A stretch of DNA of 61,550 bases, the filler included. It is 13 parts of 13 records of this genome, joined end to end, with 100 filler letters (N's around TTAATTAATTAA, not from the genome) between each part and the next. Parts side by side here need not be neighbours in the genome. Positions count along the whole stretch, not along the records: positions 7,827 to 13,883 come from SRR15195285_5259; positions 13,984 to 17,256 come from SRR15195285_5262; positions 17,357 to 21,000 come from SRR15195285_5264; positions 21,101 to 24,749 come from SRR15195285_5272; 9 more parts are not named here. The stretch is one strand, 5' to 3'. How positions within the stretch are numbered: position 1 is the first letter of the stretch; each line of letters opens with the position of its first letter. Under the pieces are notes generated by a model that was given only the letters and a program-made list of their open reading frames with translations, had not been told where the DNA came from and did not search any database. Below are positions 11,996 through 22,901 of the stretch, piece by piece. The translations under genes were made by a program, and so were the position numbers.

Positions 11996-12235
11996 TGGAC
12001 TCACCGGCCCGACGAACAGTGGCGGTGGCAGTGGTAGCAGAGCAGCAGCAGCGCTATTTGCGTGTTTTCGTCAATTCTCTCTGTCTCATCACTGCGACCG
12101 CAGTGCTGCCACGCGTCGTATGCTAATTCACACGGTGGGGCAATACACTGCGTGTCACTGCTGTAATCAAGTGTGTAGCATCATCCGAAGCGTCAAGCGC
12201 AGCTGTCCTACCCGTGTAGGTGGGGCTTAATAAGT

Positions 12236-13882
12236 CTACAGAAAGCGCACCTGTCGTAAGCACAAAGCTTGGTGGGCTCCCCGTCGTCCTTGTACACTAC
12301 CTTCTCCCTTCGCAACATAGTCACGTCCCGCAAGCCCCCGTCCTTTGCCGTCCTGGTCGAATCGATGACGGTGCGTACCTGTATAGAGTTGTGGATCTGT
12401 CAGTTTTGATATCACAGCACCCTTCGAGATTGGTTCGCCGCTGGTGAACGGCAGCCCAATGTCTGGGAAAGCTGACGGCCAGTTTACTGGAAATCCCTTT
12501 TCAACCCCGACTTGAGGACCACCTCCCCAGTTTGCCATGGTGCGGGATAGCTTGTCCTTGGGCCCGCCCTGAGCTGTGCTGCGTGGTGGCGGCCGACCAG
12601 CAGCTGCAACCTGACCTAGTCTTGGCTTTGCAGTTGCTGTGACATCGTTTGATATTCGAGTTGGTGAAACAGAGCCACTCCGCCGTCCATTGCGCACGAC
12701 CTTCTTGGCAGAAACTGTAGTCGTGTCCATTGCGCTAACAGACCGAAAATGTACTGCCTCATGTGCAGGTAGTGCCCACGGGTTCTCAGCCGTGTCCTCT
12801 TGTTTCTTCCGCCCAGCGCTTGGAATGCCAGCCATGCGCGAGACCTTACGCTTTGGCCTCAGGACTCGGCCACCACAGTGATCACACAGACTGTCAAACT
12901 CCATTTTGCCCATGATGTTTTCCTTTGGAGGTGTGGGGTGTACGAGCTTGCACTGCTTGCATAGCTTCTCCGAGGGGGGCACGTACGCTACATCTGCTGT
13001 CTGCGTCTCGTGCGGTTCATCGTCATTCAGCACTCTCCTGCCCTCATCAGGTGCTGCATGCAGCACCGTTGGAGTCTTCGGTTTGGATACCTCGTCCCAC
13101 GGTCTGAATCCACGCTGCTCCTGTATGCAAGCACGAGAACGCCGGCAAGCAAGTACATCATTCAATATATCTACGAGCTGGCAGGTTGTGTGGTCAGGAC
13201 GAACACATGAACACAGGTGCAATGGCTATGCGCTGGCATGGCTCGCGCACCGCGATGGCGGCCACGTCTTCCCATTGCTCGATCTCGCCATACGCGAGGT
13301 TGACGGGGTCCGTACGGAACGAAAATGGACGCTTGGCATTATCTAGCTCAGCGCGGCTTTTCCCCTTCTTCCTTCGGTCTCGTGACGATTCCTCCGGGGA
13401 GCGCTGCCGCTGTTCTCGTTTCGCCTGGGCAATCGCGACTTGCATCACAGTGGGTTCCTGCTCCTCCTCGTGCCCTTCAAAACAAATGGTGAGAAAGCCA
13501 CCTACTGCTGCGTTGTATGTGTCCTGAATGTCGCGCTGATAGCACAAACACACGCACACCGACTACCCTGAGAAGTAGAGTAAAGACTCTACGAAATACG
13601 GCCAAGCTAGATGCGGCAGAGTCACGCCAGACTAGATATTGAGTCCAGACGCACGTTGCCAACTACTCTCACACGGTCGCGGCCGGGCTTGCGCTGTAGA
13701 GTGTACTCGGTTCTCCGTGCGGGAAGCATCCGTGACCCTTCCCCAGCCAGAACCACCTCGCCAAGGAAATCTGGCTCGTGTTCCATAGCAGCCTCCTGCT
13801 CTCGCCGCTTCGCGGCCGCACGGATTTCTTCCAGCTTCTCCTCTGCCTCAGCATCGAGGGCCCCCTCTTTTACTTGCACGCT
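12236..13882 (-). CDS. 5'-partial protein with C2-like remnant, CxxC-CxxC ribbon and C-terminal partial p25alpha (TPPP/apicortin-type) domain
   Basis: LTDPQLYTGTHRHRFDQDGKGRGLAGRD at about 12320-12403. Phase-0 GT-AG introns 13524-13672 and 13178-13250 join three ORF-track pieces. CKQC...CDHC motif. Confidence 0.75.
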
Positions 13883-13883
13883 G

Positions 13884-13983
13884 NNNNNNNNNNNNNNNNN
13901 NNNNNNNNNNNNNNNNNNNNNNNNNNNTTAATTAATTAANNNNNNNNNNNNNNNNNNNNNNNNNNNNNNNNNNNNNNNNNNNN
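13884..13983. other. Artificial contig-joining spacer
   Basis: N44-TTAATTAATTAA-N44. Confidence 0.98.
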
Positions 13984-13984
13984 C

Positions 13985-16900
13985 AGTGTGGCTGTTTGTG
14001 CTGCGGGCTATCATTCATACAACATGACGACACAAAGCTGTGTCGGATGTGCACCTGGCAAGTACGTGGAAACTGTTGGCAGCACTCAACAAAATGACTG
14101 CATTGACTGTGGTGCTGGGTTGTATCTACCTTCAGATTCCAGCTTCAATGCATCGGACTGCATTGTTTGTGAGCTTGGACGGTATGCATCCCCGGGCTCT
14201 GCTGCATGTGAAAACTGCGAACCCGGTCGGTTCAACAGTTTCTCTGCTGCTATTCCATGTGCGTTGTGTGGTATCGGTCGCTACTCCCTTGAGGCCGCTA
14301 CGGCCTGCATTCAGTGTGGTGCTGGACAGTCAGACGACGACAGTGATCCATCAACAGGGTGCACTAGATGTCCGATAGGAACATACGCCGCGCCGGGTCG
14401 AGGTGGATCGCATGGCTGCGAACCATGTGCATTAGGAACCTACGATCACGACGCCTTCCGGTCTGGCGCTGTACTCGTCGGTGCGTTGCACTCACATAGT
14501 GCTGCAACGCCATGTGCACCATGTGGTATTGGCCGATCTCAAAATTCAACAGGCCAAATCCAGTGTGACATATGTCCTCCGGGCACGTATCAAGATCTAC
14601 CTGCGCAAGCAGTGTGCGAACTGTGTTCCGCAGGGACTTACAGCCTATTGAGTGGGAGCAATTCCAGCGCAGACTGCATCGACTGTGCTGCTGGTCGTTA
14701 TCAAAGCTCACGGGGCGAGTCGAACTCCAGTGACTGCTTTGAGTGCCCCGTCGGCACGTATGCTGGCAATGGCAGTAGTGCCTGTGCATCATGCCGTCCT
14801 GGGACTGCGGACTTAGATGAAAATCCAAGCACGGTGTGTCAGACGTGTAGCGCCGGATTTTTTGCTGGTCAGATGTCTGTTGTCTGCCTAGAATGTCAGT
14901 CTGGCTGGGCAGATCTTGATGCGTCCGCGGCTTCGGAATGCGAAAAGTGTCAGCCCGGAACGTTCTCAGCTGCAACAGCGACTGACTGCACGAGGTGCGA
15001 ATCTGGTAAAGCTGATGCTGACTTGGATCCTGCTACCATCTGCAGTCAGTGTGAAAACGGCACGTACTCGCCGACTGCTTCGATCCGATGTGAAGCATGT
15101 GCATCGGGATACGCAGACCTCGACTTAAACCCAGGATCAGAATGTCAAACCTGCGGCGCAGGCGTAACTTCTGAAATTGGTCTGACTGAGTGCCCTCTCA
15201 TATACTGTAGCAGATATTCTGTTCAGCACGCCAGCGTTGCTGGAAGCATACTCTTCCGTGACGAGAACGGCAGGACATATCCGGATAATGCTGCCAGCGT
15301 TGTGACATGCGACGCCGGTTTCTCGCTATCTGCATCTGCAGTGCAGAAGTATGCATACCGCCGCTGCACCGCGAACGGCAGGTGGGATGTGCCCTCCCCA
15401 GAGTGTGTGTCCATCAATTGCTCGTTGGCACCAAACTGTGCGGCGCTTCTGCGGACGGGCTGTGTTGACACGATGCATACTTGTGGGCCTTGTCTACCTG
15501 GGTATGCGTCCATGTTAGCCGAGGGCGATGGCAACGATCAATGCGGAATACTAGCGCTGGCTTTCAATGCCTCTGTGGAAACAATAGGGATCCCACCACT
15601 CCTGGACGAGTTCATCTCGGCCATCGAAAGTGCGGCTTTCAACGTAAGCGATGGCTCTGTAGCTCATGCAGAAACTATACGCTACGTCCAGATTGTGCAT
15701 CAGGAGGTGCAAGGACTCCCCGGGGCTCCTGAAGATTACATGGTCCCTGGCCCGTCAACTGCCTGGGGAGCGCCCGCCCACCAAATCGAAGAAGCTCTCA
15801 GGTTTGTGATAGGAGACCCTGATAGTTCAGTAACCGTTGAAGATGTTACCGTGACACCAGGTAGTCGTCGACGACGTCAGCTGATTGATGCCGCGTACGT
15901 CAGTGTGTCATACACAATTGTGTCCTCAACAGATGTTTCGGATGTCGTGTCCAGGTACTCGAATACCTCATTCCTGGCAGCTCTTGAGTTGGCAGATGGC
16001 CCCATAACTGTTCACAACTCGACTGCAGAGACCACGGGCGTAGGCCCTCTGGCAATCGATGCATCGTCGCCGCTTCTGGTATCTGAACCAACAATCTTCA
16101 CGACGGTGCAGTTCGAGTTGACAGTTAGGGTCACCAGCGCCCCAGCGTCTGCACTGGTTCTGGGTGCAGTGTCAGAAATTCTGCAGAACGCAACGACTCT
16201 CGCCCGCTATTTTCGTGAAACGAGCAACAGGACCATCTCAATTCACCGTTTGGACCTGCTGAGTGCTGGACTGGTGCACTTGCCTCTCCCTCCGGCTCCA
16301 CCACCGCCGCCTTGTGGGACACTTGGGATCATGTGCATTTCGGCAGGAATAGAATCGCATTACATCGTTCTTGCGTTTGTGGTAGTGGCATCTTTGTGGT
16401 GCATGTGTGGACTGTGCCAGGCCGTAGGTGATAAACTTGTTGCAAAACATCAACGCAGAGTTCACGTTGAGGTGTACCCGAGTGCTCACGAGGCAGAGGA
16501 CGTCTTGCGCGAGAAACTTCGGCAGGCAGAGCAGGTTATCGCCAAAATGGCTGAACATATAGATCCAGCACAACTCGAAAGTCTCAAATGGCGTGTTGGC
16601 GAAAAGGCTATTGTGGACAACTTCGTTGAAATGACGTACGATGAATGCGTTGCTTTCAAGCCTGTTTTTGTCGAGCGTGGGGACAAGCTTCCTGGCATTG
16701 AAATGAAGCTGCACCCATTGGAAGACTCAACTATTGACATGCTTATCGAACACCTGGAAAAGCTCAAGCTTGACACGCGGAACTTACAGCGGCCGCCTCC
16801 TTGGTGGAAGGCCACTTCAAAGAAGCATCTTTTCTATACCTACTGCATGTATGGTATACTGAGTAGTGTCGACATGGTACTTCATGGTTTCTGTACATCT

Positions 16901-17256
16901 GTGCTCAGAGATGAGGGGCAAGTTGATGATGGTATCCACAGGCTGTCCGATTTTGCCGCGCTCTCTCTGGTACTGCGCGTTGGTCTGTCAGCCGCGAGCG
17001 CTGCGTATACGGGGTGGTACCTGCATGAAGTTGGCCTTGACGCGAACTCTCACAAGCATCTCACTCGAACTCTGTTAAATTATCGCCGCACAAGGCGCCG
17101 AAGCCACCACGAACGAATTGAGAAGGCCAGAAAGTTGGTGTCCACAGAAGTGGGTGCGATGAAAGCTGTGGCACACTTGCGGGTCAAGAGTACACACCGG
17201 CCCCAATCGGCTCCAGCTGGGAAAATCTTTCATGATTTTGCCCTCAAAAGTGCGCC
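13985..17256 (+). CDS. Partial membrane protein with Cys-rich (ephrin-receptor-like/GCC2_GCC3) repeats and a Sushi/CCP-like domain
   Basis: Many CxxCxxG(T/R)Y repeats; TCDAGFSL...RCTANGRWDVPSPEC; hydrophobic segment IVLAFVVVASLWCMCGLC. Open at both contig ends. Confidence 0.85.
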
Positions 17257-17356
17257 NNNNNNNNNNNNNNNNNNNNNNNNNNNNNNNNNNNNNNNNNNNN
17301 TTAATTAATTAANNNNNNNNNNNNNNNNNNNNNNNNNNNNNNNNNNNNNNNNNNNN
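17257..17356. other. Artificial contig-joining spacer
   Basis: N44-TTAATTAATTAA-N44. Confidence 0.98.
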
Positions 17357-17565
17357 AAGTACATTCGGTACATACGATCCGTACTATTCATAAACAAAAA
17401 AGTAGCGAAGTGTCGCCTGCAGTCTCCGCTCTCATTTTACAAAGAGAGAGAGATCGTACCAGAGTACTTGAGTAGCATGAATACTTACCGTACCTGTACA
17501 GCTCTGCGAGTGTACTGTATACTGCCCGCCGGAGGCGCGTTGGCAGGTACGAGGGTGCGCCATCG

Positions 17566-19719
17566 ATGGTGGAGGCCTCGCTTGCGGGCCCCGGGCCGCC
17601 CGGCGCCGCCGCCGCGCCGGAGGTGAAGATCTTTGCTTGCGAGCATATGGGCGCGGGCTGCGGATTTGTGGGGCTGCGTGGGCAGGTGGTGGAGCACGAG
17701 AAGCACTGTCCGTATTCTTCAAACACGCCGCCGGTGGCCTCTCCGTCAGTGGCCTCGGCAAGGACGCCACCGCCGACCTCAGCAAGGACGCCGCCGCCGA
17801 GCTCGGCACGGACGCCGCCGCGGGCGTCGAGCACCACTAGGCGGCCACAGCGCGCGCAAGACGAGGCCGAGGTTGGAGTGCCACCCAGTGCTGGCAGCGC
17901 AGCACCCAGCCCGCGGCGCAGCACGGGCGCCTTTAAGACACCTCCGCGAAGGTCTCCGCAGCGCCAAACCCTGACCCCGATTGCACCCGCCCAAGACCTG
18001 CAGGTTATGCCCGAAAGCACGAGCAGTGGCATCAATATCGGAGGCAAGTGCTACGACGTGGTGCCACCGTCGTCGTCCAAACGTGCGTCGAAACGGCGGC
18101 GAGAAGAGGTGACGGTCGAGCTGACCGAGACGGGCAAACTCAGCATCGGACTGGAGGTGCTGTGGCCGAACGAGACCCTCGCTGTGTTCAAGGAGCAGAA
18201 GCTTGGGATAGAATGGGTCTCGTACACTGGACACCACGTAGAAGATCACTCGCACGTGGTGGTGGAGCGGCTAGAGCCCGACGCAGCCGAGGCGCGCGCG
18301 CACCACGTCCGGCCTGGTTGTTACCTTGTGCGGATCGGTGACCAAAGCTCGAACAAGTACCACTTCAATCATGTCCTGGATACTATAAAGGAATCGCCGC
18401 GCCCGCTGCGACTGGTGCTGGGCGACCCATCAAGGCCGTCGCCGACACGGAGCTACACAGATTGTGTGGCCTGGAGCATCGACGAGTCTTCAGCTGCCCT
18501 GGACGGTGTCAGCCCGGGGATGGCGCTCGCGAAGGTGAACGGGGTCTCCATTCGCGGCAAGCTTCTCCAGCAGATTAAAGCGGAGATTGCAGAGGCGGAG
18601 CAGCCTGTACGGCTGACGTTCAGAGAGCGTCGGGGCAGAAGATCGTCGTCGAGACCGTCCTCAACGAAGAAGGCAACGCCTGGTAGCTCAGGCGATATAA
18701 TATCGCCACCACGGACCCCGCCAGATGAGGGGCTGCCTCCGACGCGGCAAGAGACTAGTGTTTCCGCGCCCCTGATCCTAGACGTACACAGGGTGCTGTG
18801 GGAGGGCTGGCTCCATTTGCTGCCGGATCGTCATCGGCACTGGTTTTTCATCTATCAGGTCGACGGCGAGGATTGTTGTCGGGTGGCGTACAGGCAGGAT
18901 AGCGGCGTGGAAGACGCGGGTGGCAACGGCGTGGACAGTCAGACTCCGCCAGTGTTGTCAGCGCAGTTTAAAGACTGCTCACCATTTGTGCAGGTTAGAG
19001 CACATACGCCTGAGGAGCCCGAGCACTTCGTTCTCCAAACGAGAGACGGAGGAGAGTACCACCTCAGTGCAGGAGACGAGTACGTCGCGCAGGCGGTAGT
19101 TGATGCGTTGCAAGGCAATGAGTTGAAGTCGGAGCACAAAGATGCGCCAAGGTCTGAGCGACCACCGATTATTCCAAACGGGGTTCACATCGACAACGAC
19201 GACGCAGCTGAACGAATCGTCACATCGCAAACTGTGTCTGACAGTGTGACAACTCCCAATCCTCCGACTTCTGCCAACGGCTTTGGCACGATCTGTATCG
19301 GGCTGTTGGTCCTATTATGCAGTATTTACGGGGGAACGTTGGCCGATTTGGTAGGCTACGGCACATCCAAGCAAGCTGCAGCAGACCCAACCTGTGCGTC
19401 TGACGTTATCTGCGGCCCTCACGGCTCTGTTCACATCTTCTCATCTATCGCGGAGCGAGACGAGCAACTAGGGCGGCCAAGGGACCAAGCCGCGGCTGCC
19501 GATCGTTGGAGTAGCCGTAGCAACAGCGTCTGTGCGTGCGTCTGTGACGAAGGCTGGGGCGGTGACGACTGCAGAACCGCCCCGATGGAGTTGCTCGAGG
19601 TCGCATGGCAGGCGGTGTCTGAGACAGTGTCTGCGATGCACTGGGCACTGCACGAGCAGCTGGCGCGGATGGCAAACGGCACCGACGACGACGGCATGGC
19701 AGCACCGGACGGGCGATAG
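17566..19719 (+). CDS. 717-aa protein: TRAF-type Zn finger, PDZ-like x2, PH-like, TM helix, EGF-like
   Basis: CEHMGAGCGFVGLRGQVVEHEKHCPY; VRPGCYLVRIGD...IKESPRPLRLVL and VSPGMALAKVNG...PVRLTF; WEGWL...FVLQTRDGGEYHLSA; TICIGLLVLLCSIYG; CGPHG...CVCDEGWGGDDC. Confidence 0.75.
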   Translation: MVEASLAGPGPPGAAAAPEVKIFACEHMGAGCGFVGLRGQVVEHEKHCPYSSNTPPVASPSVASARTPPPTSARTPPPSSARTPPRASSTTRRPQRAQDEAEVGVPPSAGSAAPSPRRSTGAFKTPPRRSPQRQTLTPIAPAQDLQVMPESTSSGINIGGKCYDVVPPSSSKRASKRRREEVTVELTETGKLSIGLEVLWPNETLAVFKEQKLGIEWVSYTGHHVEDHSHVVVERLEPDAAEARAHHVRPGCYLVRIGDQSSNKYHFNHVLDTIKESPRPLRLVLGDPSRPSPTRSYTDCVAWSIDESSAALDGVSPGMALAKVNGVSIRGKLLQQIKAEIAEAEQPVRLTFRERRGRRSSSRPSSTKKATPGSSGDIISPPRTPPDEGLPPTRQETSVSAPLILDVHRVLWEGWLHLLPDRHRHWFFIYQVDGEDCCRVAYRQDSGVEDAGGNGVDSQTPPVLSAQFKDCSPFVQVRAHTPEEPEHFVLQTRDGGEYHLSAGDEYVAQAVVDALQGNELKSEHKDAPRSERPPIIPNGVHIDNDDAAERIVTSQTVSDSVTTPNPPTSANGFGTICIGLLVLLCSIYGGTLADLVGYGTSKQAAADPTCASDVICGPHGSVHIFSSIAERDEQLGRPRDQAAAADRWSSRSNSVCACVCDEGWGGDDCRTAPMELLEVAWQAVSETVSAMHWALHEQLARMANGTDDDGMAAPDGR

Positions 19720-19814
19720 GTCGGCCGCTAATGAACTGTTTTCAGTCGAAGCCCACTTGACTCGGAAACCGTCACACACTCTGAAACCCCGCGGCTCTCA
19801 CGGTCTCGGTCCGG

Positions 19815-20709
19815 CTACGACCACGCAGATCCGTCTGGCTTCGCGCCGAAGCACGCCATCTTGTTGTTGATAGGAAGCTTCGCCAGGTCGCCGCCGAGGT
19901 AGGTTGCAATCTGCGGAATCTCCTTGAATGCAGCGTAGTACGCAGTAAGGAGCGGGAACCCTTCGAGCGGTGACGGGTTGCTGGTGCACTGGGCGAGAAA
20001 TTCGTGCTGGTCGATCATCTCAAACAGATGGAAATCGGGCGCGGTTGGCGTATCGCAGGCAAGGTACTGGGTGCTGTTTTGTTTGAGCCACTCCTCGAAT
20101 TTGCCGTAGTTGGTTTTCGGGGAGCCGGCAAGGTAGCCCACCCAGTTGTCCTCTGGCGCAGGGCTGCGCACGAAGTGTCAAAAGCCGGTGGCAAGTGATC
20201 AGAACAGCGGCACGCAACAGCGCCAGCTCGTACTATTCGCTCACCTATAAAATGCAGTCACAGCATCATTGCGCAGATCCATGACCTGGCACAGGCACTG
20301 CTCGACCTTGAGGGTCTCCGCGTAGTTGCTGCCGTACAGGCCCAGCACGCGTCCGAGGTGTGCGAAGCAGGCGTTGGTCTGCGCGATCGTGTGCTCGCCG
20401 TCGATGACGTACGGGAGGTTCATCAGCGCGTTCTTCTCCTTCAGCGCCGGCTTTTTGTCGAACCAGTCGCTGGTGTCCCAACCTCCGCCCTCCTTGGGAT
20501 TCGCGTCGTAATTCACCGCCTGCGCACGCTCGCGACTTTAAAAAAGACAGCTGCTGGAGAGCTTCCAAAGGCCCACTTCCCGCGCAGCAGGCAGCACTCA
20601 CCTCATAGTCCGCCCCAGCGAACTCGCACATCATCCGGAGCGGAGCCCCCAGCCCCCGAATGCTCCAGTAACCCACGGTTAGCTTGCCTTGCGGCGAGGA
20701 GGCCGCCAT
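19815..20709 (-). CDS. Glutathione S-transferase, mu-class-like, 3 exons (20709-20602, 20519-20245, 20163-19815), 243 aa
   Basis: GYWSIRGLGAPLR, NLPYVIDG, QTNA, PINNKMA. GT-AG introns 20520-20601 and 20164-20244. Confidence 0.93.
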
Positions 20710-21000
20710 TCTGCGTACTAGTACTGCTCGCGATGGTGTCAACAACGCAGAGGGAGCGTACGTGTGGGTGGCTGAGCCGGAGGACGTCCCAGGACGACCG
20801 GCGGCGGCGACTACAACGTACTACATACCGTACAGTAGCTAGTATTAAAGTATACCGGGTAGTGCATGCTACCGGTCGGCTGGCCGGGGTATCAAATGGT
20901 GGTGTAAACCCCCTACGGTACACGCCTACTGCATGAAAATGATCAAGAGTTCATTCGATTCATTCGTAGACAGGGTTTTTGATTCCCAATTGGAAGTATT

Positions 21001-21100
21001 NNNNNNNNNNNNNNNNNNNNNNNNNNNNNNNNNNNNNNNNNNNNTTAATTAATTAANNNNNNNNNNNNNNNNNNNNNNNNNNNNNNNNNNNNNNNNNNNN
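21001..21100. other. Artificial contig-joining spacer
   Basis: N44-TTAATTAATTAA-N44. Confidence 0.98.
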
Positions 21101-21209
21101 GGTTGCATCCGTGCGAAATCAGTCAGAATTAATTCCAGTACTGCTGATTCTGCCATAAAGACTTATCAGATGGAGCGGTACGTACGGTCACGTGGCCGGC
21201 TTGGGACAC

Positions 21210-22565
21210 ATGGCGCTGCTCGAGGCGGCGCTGCTGCTGCTCGTGGCGGCGCTGCAGCTCCCCAGCCGCTCGGTATCGCCATCGCTGCGCCCATCACCGC
21301 CTACGGTCTCGTCAGCGGAGCCCGCACCATGGCGGCTGCCCTCAATCGACTGGGCTGCGGGCGGCGTGGTCGGTCGTACGGGTCGCTTCGCGGTGCGCGC
21401 CTTCGACATCGTCCGCTGGCCCGGCGACGGTCGCTGGTACATGTACTGCGACCTGGTGCTCTACACCAACCCCGTGTGTCCGTCCTCCTTTGGGTCGGAG
21501 ATAGGCTGCTTCTCCGCGCCCTCGCTCGATGCGGAGTGGACGTTCCACGGCATCCGACCCGGCCTCTCGAAGAATCACTCCGCTGCAGATGCCGGCGGCT
21601 TGGCGACGCCCACCGCGATCGTGCGCGACGGAAAGGTGTTCGTTTACTTTGCGTACGAAGGGCTGCCGGCGTCGGGTGGCGGCCTGCGTGGCATCGGCGG
21701 CGCGAGCGCGTCGGATCCGCTCGGTCCATTCGAGCGAATGCCACCGGTGGCCGAGGCGCCCGCCGGCTGGCACCGACCGAGCGGCCCTGGCGGAATCCTG
21801 GACGATCCGGAGGTACGTGCGAAACACGGCTTTGACTTTCCAAGAGTAGTTTCCTGAGTGTTTCCTGCACTTGATCATCGTGCTTCGTATACCCCACGCT
21901 TTCTCAGGTGATGTTCCACGCTGGACGGTTCCACCTGTTCAATTCACGCAAGCATCTGAACGATCGCAACTGCTCCCTCCGCCCAGGGGACCCCGCGGCT
22001 GAGGCGCCGTCGCACTGCATGGAATGGCATACCTCGCCTGATGGTCTGGCGTGGACGCGGCGTGGTGTGCTCACCCCGCCACCGAGTGGCGTGGCGATGG
22101 GGCAGACGAAGAGTGCGCGCGTGTACGGCGATCAGCTGGTGATCATCGCTGACGGTGGCGGGCAGCGCGCCTTCGTCGCCAACGCGTCTGGGCTCGCAGG
22201 CGATGACCCAGCGGCGCTGAGCTGGTCGCCGGGGCGATCCGTGCAGCAGCAGATGAACATGAGCTCATTTTACGGTACGGAAAACACGTGCTTTTCGCGC
22301 CATTTTATACTAAAAACGCCAAGCCGGCTCGCCAAAACGGCTTTTTACCAAGGCAGGCTCGGGACAAACATAGGAAAAGTTGAGGGAAAAACACGTTTCT
22401 GCAGGCTGTGCGCTGCGTATCCTCCCTATTGACGGCCCACCAACGCATGCCGCGCTTGGATGGCAGCAGGCCACGTCTGTGCCGGGCTGGACCCCGCACC
22501 CTGCCGGTCAGCCTTCCTTCCCGCTCACGTTCGCTGTGTTTCCGCTCAAGCCCAACGATGCTTGA
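21210..22565 (+). CDS. Secreted five-bladed beta-propeller glycoside-hydrolase-like protein (GH43/GH117-like), 3 exons (21210-21812, 21908-22274, 22405-22565), 376 aa
   Basis: Signal peptide; blade motifs DGRWYMY, WTFHG, ATPTAIVRDGKVFVYF, IGGASASDPLGPF, DDPEVMFHAGRFHLF, TSPDGLAWTRRG. Two GT-AG introns restore the frame. Confidence 0.72.
22275..22404 (+). mobile_element. Introner-like spliceosomal intron (130 nt)
   Basis: GT...CAG intron with similar ends (GGAAAACACGT / GGAAAAACACGT), imperfect terminal inverted similarity and the core CCAAGGCAGGCTCGGGACAAACATAGGAAAAGTTGAG. A-rich, unlike the other introns here. Confidence 0.55.
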
Positions 22566-22901
22566 TGATAGCTAGCGGCGTCCGAGTGCGTTCGAAAAGC
22601 CCCCGCCGAGAAATGAATGAAAATAATAACCTCTTAGAACTGTAAATGACGCATTCATTTCAATAACCCCATACCTGGGTACAACAATGCCATCGTGATG
22701 AGGCGTTTCCGCATCTCAATCTACTGCGAATTGCATAACAATTGCCAAAAATTTCTCCATCATTTTCAGGGGCAGTTCTGCAAATCGTCCCTGCTCAGAG
22801 TGAGTTTCAATAGGAAATTGGGCGACCATTATGCAATTCGCAGTAATCGATCTCGTTCGAATCTCTCCACGCCAGTGTGGGTCCTCGCAACAACCTTGAA
22901 T

